The position numbers and the translations under genes were made by a program. The notes beneath the pieces are model-generated. The model was not told the origin of the DNA. It did not search any database and saw only the letters and a program-made list of their open reading frames with translations. A stretch of 63,915 nt of DNA, the filler included, from Octopus bimaculoides (taxonomy: Eukaryota): assembly GCF_001194135.2 (NCBI RefSeq). It is 7 parts of 7 records of this genome, joined end to end, with 100 filler letters (N's around TTAATTAATTAA, not from the genome) between each part and the next. Parts side by side here need not be neighbours in the genome. Positions count along the whole stretch, not along the records: positions 1 to 22,440 come from NC_068994.1; 6 more parts are not named here. The stretch is one strand, 5' to 3'. Shown here in pieces: positions 1 to 12,443 of this stretch. Position 1 is the stretch's first letter. Each line of letters starts with the position of its first letter.

Positions 1-782
1 ATATATATTGTATCTCTAATTTAAATACACATACATTAATAAAATATATGTTCATAAATATTTAATATTGTATGTGTGTGTGTGTGTGTGTATTAAAATG
101 AAGGGTGAGCAGTTTGGTATACTTTTAATTCCATGTTGCATGTGCTTCATTACCATGTAGGTAATACATTATGAATATAAATTTTAATATTATAAATATA
201 ATAAATTCACAAGAGTTAAATAGATGTACAAAATATGTCTGGGATGTCCTATCTGTAATTCCTCAGACAAAGATTCGGAAATAATAGTGTTACTTGGATG
301 AAATTGTTGTTTATAGTTTGTAGAATTTATCAGGAGAATGCCAAGACACAGAGGGATAAAAAGGACAGCGGGGAAGAAAAATAATAAAAGTGAGAGAACT
401 ATGTATCTTTACAATGTGTGTGTGTGTGTGTGGAGGAAAGTAAAATGTTGAAAATGCACTTAGAAGTTTTGATGTTTGTCTGTATATGTGTTTTCTGTTT
501 TGGAGAACTGGTTCTCGAAGTACATAAAGCTATAGATAATAACATGTAGATATTGGGTTGAAAATCTTTTCCGATAGAAAAATCCCAAAGTTGTCCAAAG
601 TGGGTTTGTCATGTCTGCAAGAGAAGTGGCTTTGTGTCCCACAAACAGCATTTCATTTTTCTATCCAAAATTGCTCTTCAACTTATTATTCCCATGCTGT
701 TATCTTTAGCTTTATGTGATGTGCTTCAAGTTCTTATCCTCCGAAAATAAATTACTTACCATTCTTGTGAAAGTTTATAAAT

Positions 783-837
<55 letters not shown>

Positions 838-839
838 AT

Positions 840-1050
840 AATAATAATGATGATAATATTAGGGATAAAAATCCAAATTTACAGGTAAAAACTCAATTAA
901 ATTCAATTTATCAAAAATTAAAATTAAATTAAGTTTCACAGTATAAAATATATAAATATATAGTTTTAGAGAAAAGAACCAAAGTTCATGAACTCATCCA
1001 TGAAAATCCGGAACTGTAAAAATCTGTAAAACTTTCCAGAAGTTTATCGT
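840..1050 (-). repeat. AT-rich repeat also at 1640-1815 (+) and 43180-43420 (+, directly downstream of a hammerhead)
   Basis: Shared GGATTTTCATGGATGA(G/A)TTCA core; 840-1010 is a near-exact reverse complement of 43270-43420. Confidence 0.75.
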
Positions 1051-1436
1051 TTAAATATATATGAGCATGTTTAGATATGCAACTATATGCATGAGAAAAC
1101 ATACATAAAACAAAGCAAACAAATCTGCATATACATACATACATACATACATACATCTATACAAAAATACCTTGTTGATGTTGTTGGGATTCCAATGAAG
1201 AAGACTTGGATCTAGGTTAGGAACAAGCTCTTTCTCCATTGGCAAGAAATCTTGAAATAAAACTGAATGTTGACATACATACATATAATAGCTAGATATG
1301 TACATATGTGTGTGTGTGTGTTTGTATCTGTAATATATGTTACGTAAATATTGTGTGAAGAATATGTATTTTGAGATATTGTATATTGTACATATGTATA
1401 TCTCAAAATATATTTCATACATGTAACATACATATA

Positions 1437-1515
<79 letters not shown>

Positions 1516-1581
1516 NNNNNNNNNNNNNNNNNNNNNNNNNNNNNNNNNNNNNNNNNNNNNNNNNNNNNNNNNNNNNNNNNN

Positions 1582-1644
<63 letters not shown>

Positions 1645-1961
1645 TTTATTATTATTTTAATATTATTTCATTATTTTAATATTTATTACTTTGTATTTTT
1701 ATTATAGGTCTTTTTAGTGTATTTACTTATTAAAGTTTTCTATTTGTGACTCTGGATTTTCATGGATGAATTCAAGAATTGTGGGGTTTTTTTTCTCTAA
1801 ATTATATATTTATATATATATATATATTTAAATAGAGGTTAAAAAACTACCTTAAGGGATAGAAAATATCCAATGAATTACTGGTTTGTTACCTATTTTG
1901 TTGTGAATAGTAATATTCCTAAAATAATAGGTTTAAATATAAATCTTGGTTCATAAATATT

Positions 1962-2246
1962 CAAATTAAAATCCAGAAAATGGAGAAGTAGTGTTAATAT
2001 AATTCATTAACTGCAAAAATTCAACATGTTCAATCACAGATGTTTCAATTTTGCCCAAAAGAATTAAATTCCACTAATTAAAACATTTTATTGGGCAAAA
2101 TCTCTTTTGAAATGTTTTGGAAGAATAACCTAACGATTTGTCCTTTTTACTCCTCTGACGAGAAACAGCTGTAAGTGAACATGTTGAATTTTTGCAGTTA
2201 ATAAATTATATTAACACTACTTCACCATTTTCTGGATTTTAATTTG
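1962..2246. mobile_element. Inverted-repeat element (71-85 bp arms) enclosing two divergent hammerhead relics; likely Penelope pseudo-LTR debris
   Basis: Arms 1962-2032 and 2176-2246 differ at 2 positions; CTGACGA-GAAACAGCTGTA at 2155-2173 (stem II absent); decayed minus-strand core with stem GATTTTGCCC/GGGCAAAATT around 2041-2110. Confidence 0.6.
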
Positions 2247-2268
2247 TATATATATATATATATTTGTA

Positions 2269-2303
<35 letters not shown>

Positions 2304-3119
2304 TATGGAGATGTACTGATCTGAGTTCGTGTGCTGGAACGAAAACAATTGCAGCGTGGAAGGTGTTTATAAGCCATTTTAGAAACACACAAAAACCGTT
2401 AGATTCACTTCAACATTTAAATTTAATTTGCCAAAATATTTTCGTCACTTTGAGACAGCGACCTGTTCACTGACAAAATTCCGTGCTGCTATTTCTAGCC
2501 GACTCTATAATTCCATAGACATTTCCTCATTAACCCTGTGTTTGTGGGGGAATGGCACTGGTGTCGGTTGTAGTTACAACACCTTTAATTAACAGCTAGT
2601 CATTAACATTCTTCATTTGTTGGTCACAAACGAGACGGAATGATGACATTGCACTGAGGCAGGGGTGGGGTGAGGGTGAGGTGTCATGTCCTTGAACCAG
2701 TGTCCATCTGTTAGCTGTAATTACACTCAATCACCATGGCCACAGCCAAGGAACTGTGGAAGCCAAAGTAAATTAGATGGAGTACTTTATGTGTGTGTGT
2801 GTGTGTGTGGGTGTGGGTGGGAGGGTGAGACAGTCACCTTTGGTTTTTCAGTTACCTAAATATCAAGATATCAACATTATCATGCTTCCTTTATTAAATC
2901 AGCTTTGAATGCCTTCACGGTGTGATTGACATAAGCATATAATGAAATAATCCTCTCTCTCTCTCTCTGTATGGATTTCCTACAATGTAATAAGCTGTCA
3001 AGAGTTTAACAACCTGTTATTAATTGAGCTGTTAATTACTGTGGATTTATTGTTTGATGTTTATATATGAATTCTGTGTATATGTGTTTTATATCTATCT
3101 ATCTATCTATCTATCTATA

Positions 3120-3166
<47 letters not shown>

Positions 3167-3558
3167 CAAAGTACAGTAGGCAAGAACAGCATGTCTCAGG
3201 CAACTCAGTATGTCTAGCGAGACCCCCCCCCCCCCGTTCTTTATGCATGTACCTGATGTGACACAAAACTTATGTCAGCTGCATCTCTCCCCTTAGGTTT
3301 ATGGCTCTTTGACTCTCTATGAAAATTTATAATTGTTTTTTGTTTTTTTTTTGTTGTTGTTGTTGGTGGTGGTGGTGAGTGTGCCAGACTCTTTACCAGC
3401 ATTTTGTCCATCTTTGCATTTTGAGTTCAAATTCCGCCGAAATTGATGAAATAAGTACCAGTTATGCCCTGGGATCAATGTAATTGACTACACCTCTCCC
3501 CCAAATATTTCAGGTCTTGTGCCTATAGTAGAAAGGATTTTTGTTATTGTTGTTATTG

Positions 3559-3594
<36 letters not shown>

Positions 3595-3647
3595 ATATTC
3601 CTAATGTCTAATTTTATTTTTCTCTTTGTTTTTTTTTTCATTTTCAG

Positions 3648-3856
3648 AATTGTTTCATCACCACCATGAATCAGACATTCTCCAATTAGTAAAGAACATT
3701 TGAAAAATAATTCACCACACTCTTTAAAACATTGGGAATGCCATGAAAAATTCTGAAGAAAATCTTCCCAGCACTTAAGCCCCAATGTTTCCGGGAAATG
3801 TGGCCTCAACCGCCTGCTTCATATCACATGTCTAATCCATAAAGATTACTTTGAAG
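3648..3856 (+). other. Putative 5' UTR exon of the 4985 zinc-finger gene
   Basis: CTAAT branch-like motif plus long polypyrimidine tract ending TTTTCAG at 3647; possible donor AAG|GTATCT at 3856; stops in all three frames. Confidence 0.35.
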
Positions 3857-4984
3857 GTATCTTCTTTGAGGTTATTTGTTTAAATTTATGGAGTTAATGT
3901 GAGGGAGAACAGTAATGTGCTGGAGACATTTCACTCAATTCTATCCTGTCTGCTCCATTTACACAAACTGGGTCTTGCACCATGAACAAGAGCAGAATTT
4001 ATTTAAAACTTTAAGTCAGACGGAAGGTTTTGAGTGAAAAGTTTGGAAAAACAACATGGCTGCTCTTCTCAGTCATTGTCATGTTGGTTTATTTTACTGC
4101 CTGCGTAAAAATTGAAATGTAATCAGTAAAATGTAACAACTAATATCATACATTCGCCTTCATCATCATCATCATCCTCATTATCATCATCATTTTCGTC
4201 GTCGTCATTATTGTCACAAGTATCTCACATTCGATAGTCAAAACTCTCAGTTCCCAGACTTGGAAGCTGTCCTATTTGTGTAGAATCATTGGGATATTTC
4301 ATGTAATAATACCACAAATTTATACTGTATACCCTTGTGATACCACCAGCATATCCCATGTGAGAACATCAGGATATTTCTACACAATACCACTTGGATA
4401 TTTTTCTATATGATACCATCAGGACAACCCCCTGTGATACCATATGCTTATCTTAGATGATCCCATCACAACAACACCATTGTAATTATTTCATGTGCAC
4501 CAATGCTGTTGTGGTGAGTGCAACTAACCCCTCTACACCACTGCAGTTGACAGCTCTTTACTGTTGCATGTACTACATCTGACCAGTGCATTTAACGCAG
4601 CTGTGACACTGCTGTTAACCCATCATTGCAACAGCACTTCGCATCACTGCAGCTGAACCATTATACCATCGCTATTTACACACCACTGCAATTACCTCTT
4701 CATACCACTGCAGTTGTTAAGACCTCGTAACACTGCAGTTAACATACATACTGCTCCTACTTCTAGTGTGTCAATGGTCTGGAAGATTCTGTGATTTAAA
4801 ATATAGACTGAATTATTTGAAACAAAAAGCTCTTTCCTTGCATCCCACATCACCCCTACTGAGCTGTTTCACCCGGTGTCAAAAAATAAAATAAATAGAC
4901 ATATTTATATATATACATATATATATACCTTACAAACATGATGGTAAAGATACAGTTTTTGGAATAAACCAAGTAAAGAACAAA

Positions 4985-7033
4985 ATGTATTCCATGCAAC
5001 CAATTTTCCCACCAATAGGGACCCAGCCAAATCTCTATGGTCAGCCGTTCTATCAAACTGACCACCTCAAGTGTCCGGAGAAGCTAGGCTTTCTTGATGA
5101 AAAAAGCTATAAAAACGAACTGTGTTGTGATACAAAGGGTTTTGTTCCAGGTTTAAACAGTAACAACAACAACAACAATACCAGCAACAACAACAACAAC
5201 AACATTGAAAGTAATGGCAATATTGGCCATGAGCGGATCCCAGCCCCAAAAGATGTCCAGTGTTCTGTTTGCAAAAAAGGATTCTCCAATTCCTTCTTTC
5301 TGAAGATTCATGAACGTGTGCACACTGGCGAGAAGCCTTTTAGATGTTCGAGTTGTCCGAAAGCATTTAGCCAGCAAGTCAACCTCCGCAACCACGAACG
5401 GGTTCATTCGGGAGAGAAACCATTTAGTTGTTCAGTCTGTGGCAAAGCATTTAGCCAGAAAGGTAACCTAAAATTGCATCTGAGAACACATACTGGAGAC
5501 CGGCCGTATGCCTGTGAGATATGCGGCAAGGCGTTCTACCAGAAAGTCAACCTTGATGACCATCGCCGTATTCACACAGGAGATATGTTCTACTGCACCT
5601 TCTGTAAAAAACCCTTCACAAATGCATTTTTCCTAAAAATTCATGAGCGTGTACATACTGGAGAGAAGCCATTTCAGTGTGCCTTTTGTCCAAAAGCATT
5701 CAGCCAGCAGATCAACCTTCGTAACCATGAGAGAACACACACTGGTGAGAAACCCTTTGCTTGTGCAACATGTGGTAAAGCATTTAGTCAGAAAGGAAAC
5801 CTAAAACTTCACCTGAGGACACATACAGGAGAGAAGCCATTCGTATGTGATGTCTGTGGCAAAGCTTTCAGCCAAAGAGTCAACCTCATCGACCATAAGC
5901 GTATACACACAGGCGACATGTTCTACTGCCAGTACTGCAAGAAAGCTTTTTGTAATGCATTCTTTCTTAAAATCCATGAACGTATCCACACGGGGGAGAT
6001 GTACAAGTGTTCAATGTGCCCAAAGGCGTTCAGCCAACAGATTAACCTACGTAACCATGAACGTGTTCACACAGGAGAGAAACCTTTCTATTGTACAATA
6101 TGTTCAAAGGTGTTCAGCCAGCAATGTAACCTGCGAACACATCTGAGAACACACACAGGTGAGAAACCATTCTCGTGCGACAGGTGTGGGAAATGTTTCT
6201 CACAGAAGGCTAACTTAAATAACCACAAGCGAACCAGAACCGGCTGTGAGCTCTTTATTAAAAATCCTTCTAATTCGTCCTCTGCTGCCGGCTCACATCA
6301 GGCGTCTGCCCCTTCTTCCACCTCTGTCTCTCCTATTGTCTCCCCTTCAATGTCTCCCATGTCATCCCCCTCGGTCTCTGCTAAAATGAATTCACTGAAA
6401 TCACCCGTGCCATCTTTACCATTATCATCCCCTTCGTCAGCTTTCAACAGCAGCACACATAACAAAAACCATCACCATCACCATCAGCAACAGCAGCAGC
6501 AGCAGCACTTGCCGCAAGGATCTGGCCTTGTTAAGTCCAGCTTAAAGACTGGCATGAACAGTCACAACAGTGGCGACCACCACAGCAATGACAATCCCAT
6601 AGATTACAACAGCCATCACCCGCATCACGCACACAGCAACAGCAGCACCCCGACATCCGGCATCAGCCATCCGAGCAGTCACCCTCATCCACAAAGCCAT
6701 CCACAGCACCATCCTTCAGAGTCTCCACACCAACAGACTGCTGCCAACTCCCTCACCAGACTACAGATTCCAAACTTAACAGCCCCTTCCGCTTCCTCTC
6801 GGATAAACTCGTTCTACTTGGAGGAGATGCCACAGACCTGGGAGAACAACTACCTCTGGTCCCGCGGGTTTGCCATGCCTCACATGCTCAACCCGAGCTG
6901 GAACAATATGCCCAGTGCATTCTCTAGCAGCCTGAAGCATCACAACAGCAAACAGAACATAGGGGGAACGAATTTCCAGAGTATACATGGCCCGATGAAG
7001 CCTAGCAACGATTACATGTTGAACACGAAATAG
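4985..7033 (+). CDS. C2H2 zinc-finger protein, 682 aa, 12 fingers (5255-6250) arranged as 3 x 4-finger units; Asn-rich N-terminus, Ser/His/Gln-rich C-terminus
   Basis: Uninterrupted ORF with AAAATG start; repeated C-x2-C-x12-H-x3-H motifs with TGEKP linkers; 333-nt periodicity (first Cys codons at 5261, 5594, 5927); finger 12 has Arg in place of the last His; AATAAA at 7051-7056. Upstream non-coding exons possible. Confidence 0.95.
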   Translation: MYSMQPIFPPIGTQPNLYGQPFYQTDHLKCPEKLGFLDEKSYKNELCCDTKGFVPGLNSNNNNNNTSNNNNNNIESNGNIGHERIPAPKDVQCSVCKKGFSNSFFLKIHERVHTGEKPFRCSSCPKAFSQQVNLRNHERVHSGEKPFSCSVCGKAFSQKGNLKLHLRTHTGDRPYACEICGKAFYQKVNLDDHRRIHTGDMFYCTFCKKPFTNAFFLKIHERVHTGEKPFQCAFCPKAFSQQINLRNHERTHTGEKPFACATCGKAFSQKGNLKLHLRTHTGEKPFVCDVCGKAFSQRVNLIDHKRIHTGDMFYCQYCKKAFCNAFFLKIHERIHTGEMYKCSMCPKAFSQQINLRNHERVHTGEKPFYCTICSKVFSQQCNLRTHLRTHTGEKPFSCDRCGKCFSQKANLNNHKRTRTGCELFIKNPSNSSSAAGSHQASAPSSTSVSPIVSPSMSPMSSPSVSAKMNSLKSPVPSLPLSSPSSAFNSSTHNKNHHHHHQQQQQQQHLPQGSGLVKSSLKTGMNSHNSGDHHSNDNPIDYNSHHPHHAHSNSSTPTSGISHPSSHPHPQSHPQHHPSESPHQQTAANSLTRLQIPNLTAPSASSRINSFYLEEMPQTWENNYLWSRGFAMPHMLNPSWNNMPSAFSSSLKHHNSKQNIGGTNFQSIHGPMKPSNDYMLNTK

Positions 7034-8269
7034 AAATCCGGGGGAGAACCAATAAATGAAGGCATGAAAAGGGGCCCGACAGATCCTTGATGTTTTATGA
7101 TAAACATTAATTTATTTTGAAAATTCTTCAAAACTATTTAACAACTCCCCACTCCCAACAGAGAAAAAATACAGAAACCCCAGATGAATATTAAACTAGA
7201 AAGGAAACAATTAGATGTAGTGATGGGAGCGGAGGAGGTGGGGGGGGGGTCTGTTTATGGAGCCTCGTGGTCTTTGTATGAAAGATTGGTTGTACTTAAT
7301 GTCTTCTTTCTCTGTACGTGGAAAACAAGACCAAACTCTGTGAAGTTGTTCGGCAATGATAAAGGATGCCAAAAATGGAAAGGAAGAAAAAAAGAATGGC
7401 AAAAAAAAAGAGGCTTTGAAAAAAAAAAGAAAAAAAATAACTAAAGAATTGTCTGTGCAAAATCTATTGTCNNNNNNNNNNNNNNNNNNNNNNNNNNNNN
7501 NNNNNNNNNNNNNNNNNNNNNNNNNNNNNNNNNNNNNNNNNNNNNNNNNNNNNNNNNNNNNNNNNNNNNNNNNNNNNNNNNNNNNNNNNNNNNNNNNNNN
7601 NNNNNNNNNNNNNNNNNNNNNNNNNNNNNNNNNNNNNNNTCCACCCCCACCCTGCGATATGAAACACACACACATATACACAAACATGTATGTATGTGCA
7701 AGTGAACATATGCAGTAACACTCACACATGCGCACATTTTTGCAAACCTAGTGGCATGCACATGTACAAGCAAACACACACAGGTACAAGCAAATACATG
7801 CACGCACACATATACATATACATAAAAGCAAACACACATATGCAAGCAAATATAGATGCACGCAAACACACATACGCACATATACGTGTATGCATCACTT
7901 AAACCCTTCAATACTTTAATTAATGTATTCTCGAGTCACCCTGGGCACAAGAAATATCATCAACATTAAAAATATTTTCAAATTAAATTTGTCTACTTTC
8001 TGAAAACGGAATAACGATTAAAATCACTTTTTGAAAGGTTCCATCTCTCAGTTTATTGACGACTTCCCTACTGAAAGAATTTAATTTAAGATATATGTAA
8101 CTTACGCAGATAATTAATTTCAGAAAATACTCACACACACATACACACTCTCTCTCTATCTCACTTTCTCTCTCTCTCTCTTTCACACACAGACACTCAC
8201 AGAGAGTGTCTATAAATTTACTTTACAATTTGAAAAATTTGGCAAAGAATGGAAAATAAGGATAACTCA

Positions 8270-8413
8270 ACAGAGCATATTGGAAAACAGGCAGACAAAG
8301 TTTTATTAGAAATATCAGAACATTTCCACATAGGCTCCATTGCTTGCATCTAGACAATCTCTAATAGATACAATAAATTGTGGAAGTTGTAAAGATAATT
8401 TATGGACACCCTG
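8270..8413. mobile_element. Single Tc1/mariner-like terminus
   Basis: Ends TTGTAAAGATAATTTATGGACACCCTG (reverse complement CAGGGTGTCCATAAA...). Confidence 0.45.
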
Positions 8414-8973
8414 TGTGTGTGTGTGTATACATGTATATATATATGTGCATGAATACATATATATATATACACACACATATATACCCATACATGTATGTAT
8501 ATATACGTGTATGTACATACATGCATATATATATATATACGTGTATGTACATACATGCATATATATATACACATATATTTAACCTTGTAGAGGATTGATG
8601 TATAAAAATCAAAAATAAATTCACAGTAATTACAAGCTCAATTTGTTAGAAGTCATTGAAATCCAACATGGTATATCATTGTAATAAACCCAATTGGAAC
8701 CAACTTGCATGTATATAAACTAAAAAAGACCTTTGTAAGTAACATATTTAATAGAAAAATATAAATTTCACATATAGTTCATACTTTAAATTATGACATT
8801 ATAACAATTCTGTAATTATACATTTAGTGATGTTTATTTTAACAAAACAGCTATTGAGCACAAACTATGAATTATATGTGAAATTTATTCTTTTATTGTA
8901 TTATATAAAGTCCAAGAGTGGAAGTTATGGTTTTACATTTAATTCTTTAGATGCATGTGTTCCAATACTACAT

Positions 8974-9009
<36 letters not shown>

Positions 9010-9011
<2 letters not shown>

Positions 9012-9230
9012 CATCATCATCGTTGTTGTTTAATGTCTGCTTTCCATGCTGGCATGGGTTGGACGGTTTGACTGAAGACTGGAAAGCCAGGAGGCTGCAC
9101 CAGGCTCCAATCTGATCTGGTAAGGTTTCTACAGCTGGATGCCCTTCCTAACGCCAACCACTCCGAGAGTCTAGTGGGTGCTTTTTATGTGCCACCAGCA
9201 TGAAGGCCAGTCAGGCGGCACTGGCCACAG
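9010..9230 (-). mobile_element. Short RTE-tail/SINE copy; further copies at about 19775-19930 (-), 24980-25230 (-), 29830-30090 (+), 32287-32511 (+), 49918-49995 (-), 55685-55745 (-)
   Basis: (CAT)n-GTTTAACGTCCGCTTTCCATGCTAGCATGGGTTGGACG and CTGGATGCCCTTCCTAACGCCAACC motifs shared with the RTE 3' UTR. Confidence 0.8.
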
Positions 9231-10026
9231 TTGAATGACTGAAATAAGTAAAAGGAAAAAGACACAATGAAGTGCTGACACACACATAACTAAAAAAAAA
9301 ACTAAATGCACTGCCATAACTTTTACTCCTGGACTTAATGTATAAATGTTCTGCGAGGAATTTATTAACACTGGAATTTTGGTTTGTATCAGTTTCATTT
9401 AAGGTTAAACATTTATTGATATACACTTTGTTAACCAGGATTTACTGGAATGATGACCGAGAATCCAATTTGGATTCATCAATCACCTTTCATCGGATGT
9501 GTGTGTATGATGTATGCATATTTAATATCATCTGGGTAATAGCCTCATAACATACATATCAAAGCTGCTATACAGTTATTGGCTACCATATGCCATCATA
9601 CAACAGGATTACTCCTTTTATTGGATATGCATGTGGAACTCTGGTAGTGTATGTAGGATTTATATAAAAACTTGCAAAATAAGATGAAATGAACAGGCTT
9701 CAATCACAAGTCACAACAATTGTTTCTATGCATTGGTAACAGTGCTAACGAAGCCACTCACCTGATGATGTGCTGGTACACAGCTGTTGGTGGATCATAT
9801 GTATTTATGTAATAGTATGATATGGAAAGCTCAGCAACAAATAGCTGTTAGCCATGCACAGAAACCATTGTTGTGATTTGTAATTACAGCCTGTTAATTT
9901 CATCTTCTTGTTTTATGGATATATATATATATATATGAATATGTATGTGTGCATATGTAAAATATCATACTGTACTGCCATGTATGTATGTGTGTGTATA
10001 GAAGCTGATACTGTACGGCTGTGTGG

Positions 10027-10038
10027 TGCGCATGCGTA
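10027..10038. promoter_or_regulatory. NRF1-like motif TGCGCATGCGTA
   Basis: 11/12 match to TGCGCATGCGCA in unique-looking sequence; single motif only. Confidence 0.25.
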
Positions 10039-10341
10039 ATAAGTTCAGGCCTCACTGTGTGCTCCAGTTGACCTCTTCACAAGCCAAGTGACCACCAAAG
10101 CTTCCTGAAAATCACAGTTGTGTGACCACCACCACCACCACCACCGTCTTCACACTCATACTGGGTCATTGGATCCCTTAATGTTACTAATTCGTTATTT
10201 GCATTATCATCACCACCATAATCATTTAATCATTGGGACATTGAATGGGATAACCATTGTGACCATTTGGATTTGTCTCTGTACAAAAGCAATTTCTCTA
10301 TTAGTGTATTCATATAGATAGCAAATGTGTGTCTGTATATG

Positions 10342-10377
<36 letters not shown>

Positions 10378-10584
10378 TAAATGAGTATATGCATATATAC
10401 ATACATGTATGTACATACCTACATCTACCTGTATATATAGATGCATATCTGGGTACAGGACGTTGCAAACAAAACGTAGACAAAATGATGAACAGAGTAC
10501 AGAAAACACACAGGCCACATAGAGAACATTTCCATCATCAGCTGCCACCATTCTAACACTGGCGTTTCGAAGAGTTATATATGT

Positions 10585-10747
10585 AGGCGAAGGAGTGGCT
10601 GTGTTGTAAGAAGCTTGCTTACCAACCACATGGTTCTGGTTTCAGTCCCACTGCGTGGCACCTTGGGCAAGTGTCTTCTACTATAGACTTGGGCCGACCA
10701 AAGCCTTGTGAGTGGATTTGGTAGACGGAAACTGAAAGAAGCTCGTC
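10585..10747 (+). mobile_element. SINE family A 5' half; other copies: 25391-25460 (+), 26756-26905 (-), 28338-28490 (+), 30101-30496 (-), 36878-37770 (+, gapped), 37805-37959 (-), 38125-38175 (+), 39727-40090 (-), 53348-53467 (-), 62147-62530 (-, divergent)
   Basis: Direct sequence similarity to the 27064 copy. Confidence 0.85.
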
Positions 10748-10780
10748 ATATATATATATACATTATACATGTGTGTGTGC

Positions 10781-10817
<37 letters not shown>

Positions 10818-12443
10818 TTATTTATACATGTGCATTAGGTTATATACATTTGTACGTTTGTATAGTTTTATATATACATATATAAAGGTAGGCCTTTATA
10901 CGTGTTTAGTTCTTCAGTTTTGGCTACCACGGACGTGGCCAAGCAGCAGTACCGCCTATGTGTGTGTGTGTGTGTTTTCATACCCTGGGTCAACTGCTGT
11001 ACTCTTTATTACTATTGTTGTTGTTGTTATAATTTATATTTGAAAATGTTTGGCTTGATTTGAGAGAAATGGTCATTCAAAGTGTCACTTGTAGCTCATG
11101 TCACCCTGTGTGGCGTGTGTGTGTGTACATGTATGTATGTAAACTTCCTGCCCAGTTATTCCTGGCCCAGTCCCCAAGTTTTTAAAATGCATATAAAACT
11201 GTGCTATAGTGTTTTTGTTTGTCCATGGAAGTTTGAGAACAAAGAAAAAAAACAATAATGATGATGATAATATTGATAATAATAATAATATATTAATAAA
11301 TGTCAAGATAAATTGGAAGAAAATTTTTTTGCTTTTTCTGTTGTTCTTTCAAATATTTTTCACCAACTTAAAAAAAAGAATGGAAGATGTTATGATGATG
11401 TCTTGGAGATGCAAGTTCAAATTTCTTCAGAATCTTGTCACTTAGCAGATGGTTTGGAAACAAATTTAGATTTGTTTTCATTTTCATTTCAATTTATTTT
11501 ATATTTTCGACTGAACTCAAGACTAGAAGGCAGTGAATTGGTAAAACCGGTGGAGCGTCAAGTAAAACATATTGGCAGCAGAATATTTTGCTATGACTGA
11601 GTTCAACTTTACCTGCTTCCCTCCTCCCTTCCTCCTCTAATGTTGTGTGTGTTGTAAGGAGAGGGAAATCTCGATGGTTCGAGCAGAGCTTCAGTGATAA
11701 GCTTGAATAAGGGAGAGCAGAGTTATGTCCCTTGTTCCGCGGTACCTCCTTTGAAGACTTCTGCTGTCGTCTGCTTCTTACAATTCAACAGTTGTCGTAC
11801 TAAAAAGGCGAACTTATGACCATATATTGTTGGTCAGTCGGTCAACAACTAGACTTTATTAACACATTGGCCAAATTATGTATCCCAAACAAGGAAATAA
11901 GTGTATGCGTGATTCAGAAGTAAACTGGCAAACTAAGGTAGGTTGAGTATCTCAATGTCTCCCCACTTTTTTACCCCTCCCCCCCTTGCATTACCATTCT
12001 CATTGTTGACTGTTCAACGAATCCAACACACCTGGACATCTGACTCCTCCCAGGTGGTTAAATTGTGTGAACCAATGGTTTTCAACCCTTTTTTTTTTGT
12101 TACCTATAGACCCCTTTCATTTCAGAAAAAACAGGCGGGAAATAAGCATACTGTGAGGTTTACTGCAAATTTGTCAAAATCTATCTTAAGTAAATTTGCA
12201 ATTAATTGACAAGGTTAACTTATGTGCACTTCTATCTATGATATCCATTGAAAAAATTCTTATTTGGAAAGTATTTAAATACTTTTCCAAACAAATTGGA
12301 CATTTTATCTGTAACTTAATAACACATAATTAGAGCTAAAAATGTGGAGTATAGATTACACTTCAAATTCCCAATAGTAATATGGTGAAGTACTACTAAT
12401 ACTTGTCCATTTAATATCATATTTAGTGCTCTTATCCCTTTAA

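Noticed and set aside
460-762. Minus-strand ATG|GTAAGT at 760 spliced to an acceptor near 614
   Set aside because: The joined frame stops immediately (ACA TGA) and no recognisable protein results.
10500-10545. Minus-strand CTGATGATGGAAA
   Set aside because: No stem II or III geometry and no NUH triplet paired correctly.
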